Part shown: piece after piece, positions 52,346 through 64,000 of the stretch
How positions within the stretch are numbered: the first letter of the stretch is position 1
How the letters are laid out: each line of letters begins with the position of its first letter
Source of the DNA: Rhynchobatus australiae
Taxonomy: Eukaryota
NCBI GenBank assembly: GCA_034780895.1
Contig: JAUZTB010000048.1
Span: forward strand, 13,882,083-13,946,082
Direction: 5' to 3'
Length of the DNA stretch: 64,000 nucleotides
Notes under the pieces: model-generated
Database searches by the model: none
What the model saw: only the letters and a program-made list of their open reading frames with translations
What the model was told of the DNA's origin: nothing
Made by a program: the position numbers and the translations under genes

Positions 52346-55300
52346 NNNNNNNNNNNNNNNNNNNNNNNNNNNNNNNNNNNNNNNNNNNNNNNNNNNNNNN
52401 NNNNNNNNNNNNNNNNNNNNNNNNNNNNNNNNNNNNNNNNNNNNNNNNNNNNNNNNNNNNNNNNNNNNNNNNNNNNNNNNNNNNNNNNNNNNNNNNNNNN
52501 NNNNNNNNNNNNNNNNNNNNNNNNNNNNNNNNNNNNNNNNNNNNNNNNNNNNNNNNNNNNNNNNNNNNNNNNNNNNNNNNNNNNNNNNNNNNNNNNNNNN
52601 NNNACAATTAACATATGGTGTTACATATGCTTTAAATGACAAATATTGCTGAAGAAGTTACTGCTCATGGCGCTGGTGAATACCCTCTGGATGAATATAA
52701 CAACTAACTGTATTAAAAAGTGCCATCACCAAGGATCGACAGTTTACGCCGAAATTCAAATTTCATTATCTTTATTACACACAATTTTTTTTTAGCTATG
52801 ATTTATTACCCTAATTTGTACAAACTGTTTGTCCTGCAACGACGTAATTCACTGTCTGTAATGTGATACATTTTTTTTATCTTATATTTTTACCGGTCTG
52901 GATCATACCTTTTGTTGTCAGCAATCATAACCATCAGCCTGGAAAAAAATTAGAGTGCAGACGATAACTATTGCATTATTTTTTTTGTTTGGTTCTTGGC
53001 ACCAGAATTATGGAATCCCAGTGGAATGCAGCCAGAAACCGTGCTTAAGAGAAAGTTGAATATAAAGTGTGCTAATCTGAGGATGTATTTGCCATGTGCT
53101 TGAAAGCCCTGAGTTTTATTGAGTGTGTTAGATTTCACTCTTGTCTCTATCCAGCCATGACTGTCTTTCTTCCTCACTGACAGTGACTGCAGGACAAAAT
53201 TGACAGGCCTTTAAAGCCAGCTGACGAAAACCAGCATTAATTAAGTCATTGCCGGACTGTAATTTTGTTAAGAAGTAAAAATCTAATACGAGGAAAGGTT
53301 ACCGAGTCCTTTCCTGTGTCAGAATTTCTACACAGCATGAATATTAATATGTCTAATGAAGACAGTCTTTGCTTCATCAAACATCATTCCAAGCACAGGT
53401 GCCAGCAGCAAACTCCATTGATTTGTGCCGAAGACAAATATGTCAGGACAGAGTGACTGTCCTACTCCTTATCTCGGATTCCCAACCTCTTTTTTTTTGT
53501 TTACTAATGGACTTTTGTTTAATAGATCTTCCCGGGATGCTTGTAGCATAGGGACATTAAATTTACAGGTTTTAACAAGGAAACAAGTCAGTACAAATGA
53601 TCTACTTATGGGTTGTCTAAATCATTTCAGTTGCCATCTCTGGTTCTGTCGCTTCATCCCACATGCAGTCTCAGGACTACTGATACAGAAAAACAATTAA
53701 GTGATAAACTTAGAAATCCTTATGTTTATGAGGCATTATGTGGCTCCTGTGCACTGAATAGATGTACTGGTAAGGTGTTTATTAGCTTGCAGCAGCCATT
53801 TATTGTTGAGAACACTGTGGGGTTTCTTGGTTTATCACAATTATAGTAAATGTTTGAGGTTTTTTTTAAATTAGAAAAGCAGTTTGACAAAAACATGCAC
53901 TAATGACATTGTTTTCAGCTTAGGATTGTGGAAGATCTACCATGGAGGACTGCTATTTTTTGTGTTTAACTGCCATCATGATGTGATTCTCAATAAGATC
54001 ATTACAGTCAAAGTTTACGTGATGAAAGTGATTTTATATCTTATATTCAGCTAAGTATTTTGCATTATTTTCTCCACCAACAACTTTAAGAATGATATAC
54101 TTGCCTTTTAAAATTAGTAGCAATAGCATAATATGATGACTTAGAAAGCTCAGAATGTGATTTGAAGTTGTTCTGTTTACAGGATTCAGAAACAGTAGTG
54201 GGAAAATAAGGATTGGAAACAAAGGAATGAAATGTATCTAAAGGACAGCGACACATGATTGAATTTCCATTAAAAATGGGGTTATTTTCTTCTGCACAAT
54301 TAGAAATTCACCCTAGTCAGTAGCAATAAGTATGTTATTGGGTAGCTGCAGAACTATGTGCTTTGCCTCAGAAATTCACTCCAAGTAGAATGAATGATGG
54401 ATGCAGAGTGCAACACACTGCCATAACCAAACATCATACTATGGGTACGAATGAGTTTCGAGGCAAACGTACTTGACAGACTGTGACAATATACAAGATA
54501 CTGTCTGATCAAAACTCATTTATTTTTGGATGTGCACTGGACATACTGTAATCTATAAGGCTACCAACCATCAGGTGGGAAATGGGATTCAGCTGAACAG
54601 TAGTTTTTAAACCAGTGTGCACATGACGAACTGAACTGACTCCTGTGTTAAGTTCAATGGTTTCAGGAGAACTGGCTGTTGAACATCTAGGTAGATATGT
54701 TCACCTGCTGGAAATCCCTTTACTTCCTCCTTCCCTTTTCCAGTAGCTTGTCCTGATCTCTGCACATTTTGTCGCTGATGCACTCAAATGTGGGACCAAC
54801 ATGCTTCTGCTGAAGCCTTAAAGCCTCAAAGGGACTTTCAGCACCTGAGTTACTGTGGTCCTTTGCAACTTTAAGCAATTCTAAAAAAACAAGAAATATT
54901 TGCAGAATCACAACAGCAGCAAAAAGAAATCAACCAACAACCAATCTGCAAGTGGCGGATAAACATTAAGAAAGTCCCATTGGGAGTTCCTTGCTGTTGC
55001 TTATCACATGTTCAGCTCTGCAAAGCTAAAAGTGGAGATTAATTGGGCTCTGAAATGCTCATGATGTTCATTAAATCATTTGCTGTTCCATCGCTCGTGG
55101 TGTTAGTAATACACACAAATCACCCAACAAATGTGCAACTGGGGGTGCCAGTTTGAAAGGCACTCAAGCCTAAAAAATGGGCACCACTGATCCAAAGCTC
55201 AATGTGGCACAAAATCTGGTGCAGAAAGTCAAATGGTGAGGAGAAAGAAATAATAGAGTGGAAAGAAAACCTTATAAAGTGANNNNNNNNNNNNNNNNNN

Positions 55301-55595
55301 NNNNNNNNNNNNNNNNNNNNNNNNNNNNNNNNNNNNNNNNNNNNNNNNNNNNNNNNNNNNNNNNNNNNNNNNNNNNNNNNNNNNNNNNNNNNNNNNNNNN
55401 NNNNNNNNNNNNNNNNNNNNNNNNNNNNNNNNNNNNNNNNNNNNNNNNNNNNNNNNNNNNNNNNNNNNNNNNNNNNNNNNNNNNNNNNNNNNNNNNNNNN
55501 NNNNNNNNNNNNNNNNNNNNNNNNNNNNNNNNNNNNNNNNNNNNNNNNNNNNNNNNNNNNNNNNNNNNNNNNNNNNNNNNNNNNNNNNNNNNNNN

Positions 55596-55880
55596 GTTCC
55601 TAATTGGCCCTGAAATATAGAGGCAGTTAAGAGCTGACCACATTGATGGACCCAGAGTAACATATAGATCTGGTAAGGACAGAATACTTCCTTCCTTGAA
55701 GGTTGATAGTGAACCAGATGGGATTTTGTGGTTACAGTTACTAAGATCAGTTTTTTTAGATTCCAGATTTATTTAATTCTTTGAATTTATTTTTCCCAGT
55801 TGCCATGTTGTGATTCGAGCCAGTATCTGTGGATCAATGGCTCAGAAATGTATTTGCTAGTTCCATTGCTTCACCACTAA
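55596..55880 (-). mobile_element. tRNA-derived SINE (same family as 24930-25285)
   Basis: cagttaagagctgaccacattg...gtgaaccagatggg...attccagatttatttaatt...ttgaatt. Confidence 0.75.
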
Positions 55881-56344
55881 GTACCAGAGTACATTGGACA
55901 GCTTTCCAAATAAACTCCATATTTGCAACCTTTGAAAATTGCTGTGTGATTTATGTCAAAAAGTAATGGACACTCTTCCCGATATACTTGCAGGCCAATG
56001 CAAAAAAAACAATAGATGGCACTGAGGTCTCAAGATATGACTAACACATGCCCATTGATCTTGCAAAACCCTTGCTACAGCTTCATTATTGTGACTGCTG
56101 TAACCATTCAGTGCTCATTATGTTTTAGTGGCCCTAACCCATAACCACCAGCCTAATGCTATGCAACTGGAACCAGCTGTGATTGAAGTTGTGCATGCCC
56201 CTTTAAGGGGGAAATGTTTCTGGTTGTAATTAATCATGAGCATGTTTTGCAAACTTACCAGAAGACATAGTAGAAGAGAGGCAGTAACAGATCTTCATAC
56301 ATCACTGTGAATGCTTTTGTTGGGATATGGAAGTCCTTGTCAGA

Positions 56345-56860
56345 GAAGNNNAGGCGCAGCCTTATTTCCCTCCGACTCTGGGTCTCCTTGCTGCTCTTTC
56401 TTCAGTATCAGTTGCCATCTACTGTTGGCTAGGTTCTCTGGCATACCACACTCACTGATGAAGTCTGTGTGCCCAATCTCATTCAGGCACATGAATCTCG
56501 TCTTTGGAAGACTGATGGCACTTTTTTGGTACTTGTGTAGTTCTTGTAATGTTAATAAAGCTTCCCAGATAGCACTGCGAATTAGCATGAAGAGGAAGGC
56601 AAGATTCATGTGCCTTCCTCTTCATGCTTCTTCTTCCTCTTCATTTGACCCTGTTCCAAATTCCACTGAACCATCCTGATTGACAAAAGCCATAACAATG
56701 CCTGCAGTAGAGGAGTTCTGCCAGTGGTGTCGCCACTGAGGTATCCATGAATCGAGTGCACTCGACGAACTTTGGAAAGTGTTTGAGCTGCTTGCAGTCA
56801 CTTCTAAAGCTGTCCAGTCAATTCCCCTTATGTTGAAGAGTATTCCTTAAAACACATAAA
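56345..56860 (-). mobile_element. Harbinger transposase relic
   Basis: IRGIDWT (for GAID.TH) and QKSAISLPKTRFMCLNEIG...CGMPENLANSR..EQQGDPESE (for LK.RFRCLD.SG...CCMLHNLA plus acidic tail). Confidence 0.7.
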
Positions 56861-57304
56861 TTTGACGAAGTAGAGCAATAGGTTTTTAGCTGCAATGTGG
56901 CTGTTCAAAGGTTATTAGTATCACCTTAATGCTCTAACTTCTGCTGATAAGGGTGAAAATAAATGCTGCAAATATAATGATATCATTGGTGTGAGTCTAT
57001 TGCCAGATCAGTGGCTCTAATGTGCAGAGCACTTGGAAGTGACCAGTCCAATTTCCCAATGGGTGCTATTTGTCCAGGAAATGATCACAAACATAATCTA
57101 ACCTGGCTTAAGTCACCTTAATACGTGATTCGTGCATGAAAAGAAAACATTCTAATAGATTCAGTTCCTAGACAAGTGCCCCAGTCAGATTGCTTTGGTT
57201 TGTAAAATAATTAAGTACTTTCAGTTGAGATCATGTGTTACAATCCATAAGTGCAAGCAAAATGCAAAGATAATGCTGATGCTCTGATGTATTTACTGAT
57301 ATTG

Positions 57305-57435
57305 CAACTGACAAAGAGTCTTTGACTTAAACATTAACCCTGTTTCTCTTTCCACAGATGCTGGCTGACCTGCTGAGTATTTCCAGCATTTTCTGTTTTT
57401 ATTTCAGATCTCTAGCATCTGCAGGGTTTTTTTTA
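57305..57435 (+). mobile_element. Penelope-like tail with decayed hammerhead
   Basis: ctgacaaagagtctttgacttaaacattaac...tccacagatgctggctgacctgctgagtatttccagcattttctg. Confidence 0.85.
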
Positions 57436-60294
57436 ATTTTCAAAGATTGATGGGTTAGGTCAACAGTAAAAAAGAAAGTGCCAATGCACTCACTTGGAAC
57501 ACTGTGTCCTGGTTTTAAAAAAAGAACTGGGTACCATTTCTGTCAATCATAATCCCAAAGTTATTTCAGAGATTTTCACTGGATGTGCAAGGGTGATTAA
57601 CAGTAGACCCTGATATTGTACGTCGTTTGACCCCATTTGTATTTTTGTAGGTCAATTAGTCACTGATGCAGCGATATTACAAAGCTAAAAACAGAACTGT
57701 TTTCACCTGTCTCTAAAATTGTTACAAGCAAGGTTATACTTCAGAAGTCCTGCTTTTCACTCTTTGGTTTCTTTTCTCTTTCTCACCTGAAGATCATAAC
57801 TTCTGCTGCTGTGTAGATTCACTCAGGATCCCTACAACTCTTAGGAGAAAAACTGAAGAAGAACCACAGCCTCTCAAACCACACAATCATGGAACAAAAA
57901 CAAGGAGGTGGACACATTCTCAAGATAATTAAGTTTCATGTTGCAGAAGTGAAGATTGAAATGTAGAATGTTATGTCTAAAAGGAAATGTGGAAGAAAGA
58001 GTATGAATGCAAACTCCAGCCAGCACTAAGGTACATCGTGGAGGGAGGGGTGAAGTTATCCTGCTTGACATTAAATTGGTTTGAACCTCATAAAGGGGAG
58101 TTACATTCTGGCTTCAAGATCGGGTGGGAGTGAGTGCTATGCCAGAAGCAAATTGGACAAGAAGTCCTGGTGGATGATTAAAAAAAGATCACTCTCCTTC
58201 CTCTTCCTTTCTGTGATTGGGGCCAATCACCAAGGAGCTGAGAAAGGTGCTTGTAAAAGTGTCACAAGCTCTTAGGGTCAGTGAATCCATCTTGAAATAT
58301 TGTATTCTATCAGCCACAGTGCTTGCCTCACACATTGCTCCATACATCGCGTGCCATCACTTACCAACCAAACATGTCAAATTAATCAAGACCCATACCA
58401 AACATCCATAACATCACAGTCTCGCAATCCTATCACTGCTGCAAGCCACTCAGTCCCATTCAGCCATCTTAACCAAGGATAGTCCACTGCACCCACCGAG
58501 TTCATCAGACCTGCATTCTAAAAGCTGATGTGTGGATCTCCAGCTTAGTTATCTATAGTTGGCATAACCATAAAATTTAGAAGGGTGTTCACATTAGTTG
58601 TTGACCTTGGTGCACTCTGTGTTGGTAAACGATCTATCATTGCTCCTTTGTATTGTTGGAAAATAGGGATTCCTTTTAGGTTTTCAGCACAAATTCATTT
58701 GTGTGCCATTGTTGTTTCTCTATTCACGCCCATGTTTAAGTTCCCCTTGTCCAGATCAATATTTCACTGACAGATTCAAGGCTGAACCTTTCAAGATGAT
58801 TTGTAATCTTTTAAAGATATTTGCATTATACTGTTACTGTGGAACAAATTTAGGATTCTAAAAAAAGTTATATTAATAATAAATGCAATATTTTCCCTAT
58901 CTACAAGAAAGTGTTGTACCATGTTTTCTGAAACCTCTTCAAGGCATACCTTTCTGAATTCCCATTGTTTATGAAACAACTAATCTTGTTGAATCATTGG
59001 GATTACGATCATTTGGTGCCTATGGATAAATTTTGTCCTGGAATAGGGTTTAAAGTGGATGTTTTGTGTGACATATTTGAATGGCCTGAATTGAATGGGC
59101 CTGGTTTTTGCAAGAATCCAAAACAACAATAGTCAGATAGTCAGACAGCGAAAAGTAGCAAAGGTTTTTGACCAGTGATAACCACCACTCTAATAAATCT
59201 GACACCGTCACGATGCTGAGCCTGCTGAAGTGGCAGACATCTGAGATATTACATCGATACTCAGCAGATCAGTGGACACAGGAAAAGATGAGCATAAAAC
59301 ACAATAGAAATTTCATTCAGAAACAACGAGCATTAAATTTACTGTCAGCACACAACCTCAGTGAAAAGATTGCTGCAGAAACATCTGTAGTAAACATTAA
59401 TCATGACTGGCAACATCAGGAAACTTATTCAAGAAGAAAGAACGACATTTGATCTGTTTAAAATCACAAGGGTAAGGTGCCGAAGTCTAAATCTCTCTAA
59501 ATGAAACATCAAAGCCTGGGCAACAGAGCAGCAGGTGAACTGTAACGGTTCAGATACTCAGTGTACAGTTTAACATTATTGTCAAAGGAGATGTAACAAG
59601 GAAGTAGCCAAGGACTAAAATGGCAGTGCTGGTGACAGTGGCAAGGTAGCACAATACAAAGCTAACCCAGGCATTGCAATTATAGAAAGCTTTTCCAGTG
59701 ACACATAATACACATATATTTGTAGAAAAATGAGAGGATTTTCATTGAATGTATAGGTTACATGATTTTATTTTAAATAGACTATGATTATTATATTATC
59801 TACAGTTGTCTTGTGGCAACTTTGAGGTGTTGACCAGAAGGGGGTTGAGATGNNNNNNNNNNNNNNNNNNNNNNNNNNNNNNNNNNNNNNNNNNNNNNNN
59901 NNNNNNNNNNNNNNNNNNNNNNNNNNNNNNNNNNNNNNNNNNNNNNNNNNNNNNNNNNNNNNNNNNNNNNNNNNNNNNNNNNNNNNNNNNNNNNNNNNNN
60001 NNNNNNNNNNNNNNNNNNNNNNNNNNNNNNNNNNNNNNNNNNNNNNNNNNNNNNNNNNNNNNNNNNNNNNNNNNNNNNNNNNNNNNNNNNNNNNNNNNNN
60101 NNNNNNNNNNNNNNNNNNNNNNNNNNNNNNNNNNNNNNNNNNNNNNNNNNNNNNNNNNNNNNNNNNNNNNNNNNNNNNNNNNNCAAATGCTTGCAGAGTA
60201 ACCCTAGTTTTTGCAATGTGTATTCAGAATCATCGTTGGAAGTCTTTCAGAGGCAGGGTGGCCTTTTCAGACAGGAATTTGAATTGAGTACAGG

Positions 60295-60790
60295 CTAGCT
60301 TTAACATTGATCCTGGAACCCATGAAGTCTCATAACATCAAAACAAATATGGGGAACAAAACCTCCCAATAATTGACAACCTACCTCCTCCTCAGCTGAT
60401 GAATCAGTATTCCTCTTGTTGAAGAGAACTTGTGTATAATACGAGTTGTGAATAATGATTATTACTTTAAAGCTGTCACCCCTTTAAAGAAATTAGCATG
60501 TGACTAACTGCTCTCTGGGTCACAACAACGGTTTGTAAAAAGTTCAAAAGACAGTCTATGAAGAATTATGTCCACACTATGAGCCTTTCATCTCACAGTG
60601 TAAGACTGCATCTTTTGCCACGGAGGTTTAAAATGCACTGAGCTCACACGGTTTGTGCTTTGGAAGAAGTTCTGAAAGCAGCTCTGGGACAGAGTGTACT
60701 CTGGGCAGGCGCCTTTAGTGCCCAACATGAAAGAACCAGCATAGCCTGAACCGACTGAATCGTGAAGGACATAGGTGCCAGACCACTGGA
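60295..60790 (+). mobile_element. CR1-like LINE apurinic endonuclease fragment with about 235-bp interruption
   Basis: FNIDPGTHEVS..YGEQNL..TY.PP.ADESVFL to about 60422, then LEEVLKAALGQSVLWAGAF (GDFN motif position) and VKDIGAR from about 60660. Confidence 0.7.
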
Positions 60791-60997
60791 GCAGTTGCAG
60801 TCCTCATCACTGAAATTTACATCTCTCAAGTAGCCTTATTTTGAGAAATTTCTATTAAAATGCGGAAGTTATAGAACTGTAGTCGGCCCTGGCCTTCTAC
60901 ATTTACAAGGGCCAGTCATATCAATCACCTTTGACTTTGCAGAAATCCTGACTTAGGTTTTCGGTAAATAACAACAAACCAGAATTCTAGATTTAAT

Positions 60998-61342
60998 ATT
61001 CAAGATTTCTTTATTTGCCATTGTACTGTTGCAGTACAACAACACAATGAAATTAAAATAGAACTCCCTTGACTANNNNNNNNNNNNNNNNNNNNNNNNN
61101 NNNNNNNNNNNNNNNNNNNNNNNNNNNNNNNNNNNNNNNNNNNNNNNNNNNNNNNNNNNNNNNNNNNNNNNNNNNTGTCAGGATGCTCTCCACCGCACAC
61201 CGATAGAAGTTCACCAGAATGTTCTGAGACAGTCTGGCTCTCCTCAATTTCCGCAAAAAATAGAGGCATTGCTGGGCCTTCCTAATGACAGCTGAGGTGT
61301 GTATTGCCAGGAGAAGTCCTCGGTGATGTATACACCCAGGTT
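60998..61342 (-). mobile_element. Rex1/Babar LINE 3' fragment
   Basis: KAQQCLYFLRKLRRARLSQNILVNFYRCAVESILT. Confidence 0.85.
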
Positions 61343-61535
61343 TACCCCCACTTTTCCAATAGTGGAAACCTTTATTTGAAGTCGAAAGATTAGAGAAATC
61401 TTAATTTAACAGCTGACAAGAGAATCCCTTCTCTGCTTCTCTATCCCTCCTTGCTAAGAGCTAAGATCTGCATTATACTTACAAGCATATGGGTGGCCAA
61501 TCTGGCAATGATCCCATGAGAAACAACTTCCTGCA

Positions 61536-61640
61536 ACTTCCAGTCCAGATGAATGGTCGTGACCCAAAACATCGACTGTCCACTTCCCTCCATAGATGCT
61601 GCCTGACCTGCTGAGTTCCTCCAGTTTTTTGTGTTTTGCT
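61536..61640 (+). mobile_element. Penelope-like tail with mutated hammerhead
   Basis: CAGTC-CAGATGA-ATGGTCGTGACCC-AAAA-CATC-GACTG followed by gatgctgcctgacctgctgagttcctccag. Confidence 0.88.
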
Positions 61641-62409
61641 TCAACTTCCTGCATATGACCAGTTATTTCTCAAACTGCAGCTCCAGTCACAGTGTGGCTC
61701 CTGGCTTAGAGGTTTTGGGGATCAACTAGTTTCCCTCTCCTTGACTGCAGTCACTTTGTGACTGAGAGGTCCAACTTTTAAGTTTGCATCCCATTACTAC
61801 AAACAATAGTTTTTCCTTTGACCTAAGGCTACTTTCCCACTCTCCCTCCCCTCTCGGCCTCAGCGAGCAATTTGCCTCCCTCACTTTTCCATCTCAGCTG
61901 TTTTTAAATTTTAAGAACAACATTGTAATGTTAAACTGCAAGGTAGGTGATCAACAATTTCAGCGGTTGCAGTGGGTTACTCTGCTTCACTATCCTGGTG
62001 GGAAAGAATTGTTCCATAGAATTATGCAATTGCAAAGGTTTTGTGATCAGACAACTACGAAACTTCAAACGTCTTTGTTGGAGCAAGCTAGTTCATGTCA
62101 ATATTCATGTCAAGCTTGTGAGGCCAAAACCAAGGAGCCTCTGTTTTACTACAGTATTGTCAAGGCTAATTCTTTGAATACACAACTTCCCACATGCCCA
62201 GACTTGCCAACACCTCACTGCCACACTGGCATTTGTTTTGTAAGCCCACAGGCTACATTCAGTGTCTTTAAAACCATGGAACTCAGCATGATGAGAAGGG
62301 AGCTTTGTGGTTAATTTCTGAATTGCGGACACAAGCTCTCCTTTATTGCACAATGCCTGTACAACCATTCGGTTCCATTAATGTTGGTACAGTCAGCCAC
62401 TTTTCTTGG

Positions 62410-62540
62410 AGGAGACACAAGAGACTGCAAATGCTGGAATCTGGAGCGACGCATGAGATGCTGGAGGAAATCAGCAGGTCGGGTAACATATATGGAGGAA
62501 AATGGACAGTTGATGTTTTGGGTCAAGATCCTTCATCTTG
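62410..62540 (-). mobile_element. Penelope-like tail with mutated hammerhead
   Basis: Minus strand AGATGA-AGGATCTTGACCC-AAAA-CATCAACTG plus tail. Confidence 0.85.
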
Positions 62541-63410
62541 CAGGTATTGCCACATAGTTTAGAGACTGGAAGTACACTTTCTGGTGTATTTTACAGTGTT
62601 TTGAACTAATTAAATATTATAATTGATTTAAAATGACTTTCGGCACAACTGGTGTAATGGCATTTGCCCAGTGTTATAAAGCCTTACAGACTGTATCTGT
62701 TCAGAACATTTTGATAGTGATATTGGTCATGTTTTGAGACAAGTCACTGGATGTGCCATGCCTAAAGTTAGCACTTTTTCCACGATCCCGACTGTTAAAT
62801 TACCTTTCTAGCAAATTGCAGCAGTTCTTCTCCAGACACTTGGGGTGTAACACTATTTTAATTTGTGATATGTGTCACTGATCGTGCAAATGCAACACAT
62901 TTGGGCTCTAGATTCCTTCTTAATGTTTCCATTTATTATCAGTTATTATCTGCCATTTTCCTTCTCTCTGAAACCTAGTTTGTGTTTTATTCTGCTCCTC
63001 CTGGGAAATGCTTTGTACCTGATTTACACAGAAATCTATCATAACTGCTTTTGAAATGGAAGGTGTATATAATTAACATGCAGTTGCAAGAATTTTTGAT
63101 GGAATGTCACAATTTTCAGGGATCCCTTTGAATTTTGCGAATTTGTTGTACCTGAACTGAACATCAAATAATGCAATAAAATTGTAACAATAAATTTCAA
63201 GCTAAGGTTCAGGACATTAATAGATGAACACAGCAGGGCCCATCCAGGCTTACCTCCCCAGAAAGGATAATAATTCACCGTTGCTATTTAACTGGATCTT
63301 CATTCATTTGCAGAAACAAAGAACTGCGAATGCTGGAATCTAGACGAAAAAAGAACAAGACTCTGGAGGAACTCAGCAGGTCAGTCAGCATCCGTGGAGA
63401 AAAGCAGACT

Positions 63411-63444
63411 GTCAACATTTCAGGTCAAGACCCTTCTTCAGGAC
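63411..63444 (-). ncRNA. minimal type-I hammerhead ribozyme motif
   Basis: GTC-CTGAAGA-A-GGGTC-TT-GACCT-GAAA-TG-TT-GAC. Confidence 0.75.
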
Positions 63445-63825
63445 TGCAGATAGGAAAAGGGGAAGCCCATTACATGGGGGGAGAAGCAGAACAGTGATAG
63501 CTGGACAGAAGAGGGAAGGTGGGGTGGGCACAAGGTGGTGATAGGTAGATGCAGGTAAGAGGTAGTGATAGGTAGATGCAGAGGAGGAGAGAACAGTAGA
63601 TCCACCAGGGGAAGGGTCAAAGATATGGAGGAAGGAAAAGGAGAGAGAAAAAAAGGCAAAAATAAAAAAGAGGGATAGGCTAGGAAAGAAAAAAAGAGGC
63701 AAGGTGGAGGGGGAGTTGGTTNNNNNNNNNNNNNNNNNNNNNNNNNNNNNNNNNNNNNNNNNNNNNNNNNNNNNNNNNNNNNNNNNNNNNNNNNNNNNNN
63801 NNNNNNNNNNNNNNNNNNNNNTTCA

Positions 63826-63859
63826 GTCCTGAAGAAGGGTCCTGACCCGAAACGTTGAC
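63826..63859 (+). ncRNA. minimal type-I hammerhead ribozyme motif (best-preserved copy)
   Basis: GTC-CTGAAGA-A-GGGTC-CT-GACCC-GAAA-CG-TT-GAC; palindromic ACGU helix III; predicted cleavage after 63856. Confidence 0.82.
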
Positions 63860-64000
63860 CACCTGCCTTTCTCCACAGATGCTGCCCGACCTGCTGAGTT
63901 CCTCCAGCATCTTGTTGTTTTTTCATTTTCATTTAATTAGAGTTTTTTTTCTCACTGCCTCTCTCGTAAACCAAATCCTTTTCACTTTATAACGTCCATC

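Larger units (their letters stand above)
63312..63930. mobile_element. Penelope-like element(s) with inverted hammerhead-bearing termini
   Basis: Minus arm 63312-63446 followed by purine-rich UTR; plus arm 63822-63930; a 100-N gap lies between. Confidence 0.85.

Noticed and set aside
26473-60287. Long ORFs made mostly of X
   Set aside because: Artefacts of translating N gaps
61784-62314. 176-aa ORF, the longest N-free ORF in the track
   Set aside because: TTG start, no recognisable domain or supporting splice structure; consistent with chance
1-64000. CRISPR array, prokaryotic operon or endogenous viral gene
   Set aside because: No regularly spaced direct repeats, gene-dense blocks or viral motifs; the recurring repeats are dispersed retroelement tails

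Overview
Eukaryotic, AT-rich, gap-containing draft sequence. By repeat content (HE1-type V-SINE, HER1/CR1 LINEs, Penelope/Neptune tails, Tx1, RTE, Rex/Babar, Harbinger relics) it most likely comes from a cartilaginous fish (shark or ray); this is an inference. I can support no intact host protein-coding gene, tRNA, rRNA or CRISPR array, so the window reads as intronic or gene-desert DNA. Main signals: (1) about 15 dispersed Penelope-like 3' modules, most carrying a recognisable minimal type-I hammerhead ribozyme motif (CUGAnGA-stemII-GAAA-CG-UH) with covariation between subfamilies, two of them arranged as inverted pairs; (2) an RTE LINE with twin-priming 5'-inversion geometry and a 10-bp TSD, later hit by three CR1 insertions; (3) a Gypsy relic containing a Tx1 LINE whose zinc knuckle carries a 107-bp inverted copy of nearby gag sequence; (4) many Harbinger/PIF transposase relics, one with its Myb/SANT partner. 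All protein matches are by-eye motif recognition, not database searches, and element boundaries are approximate.
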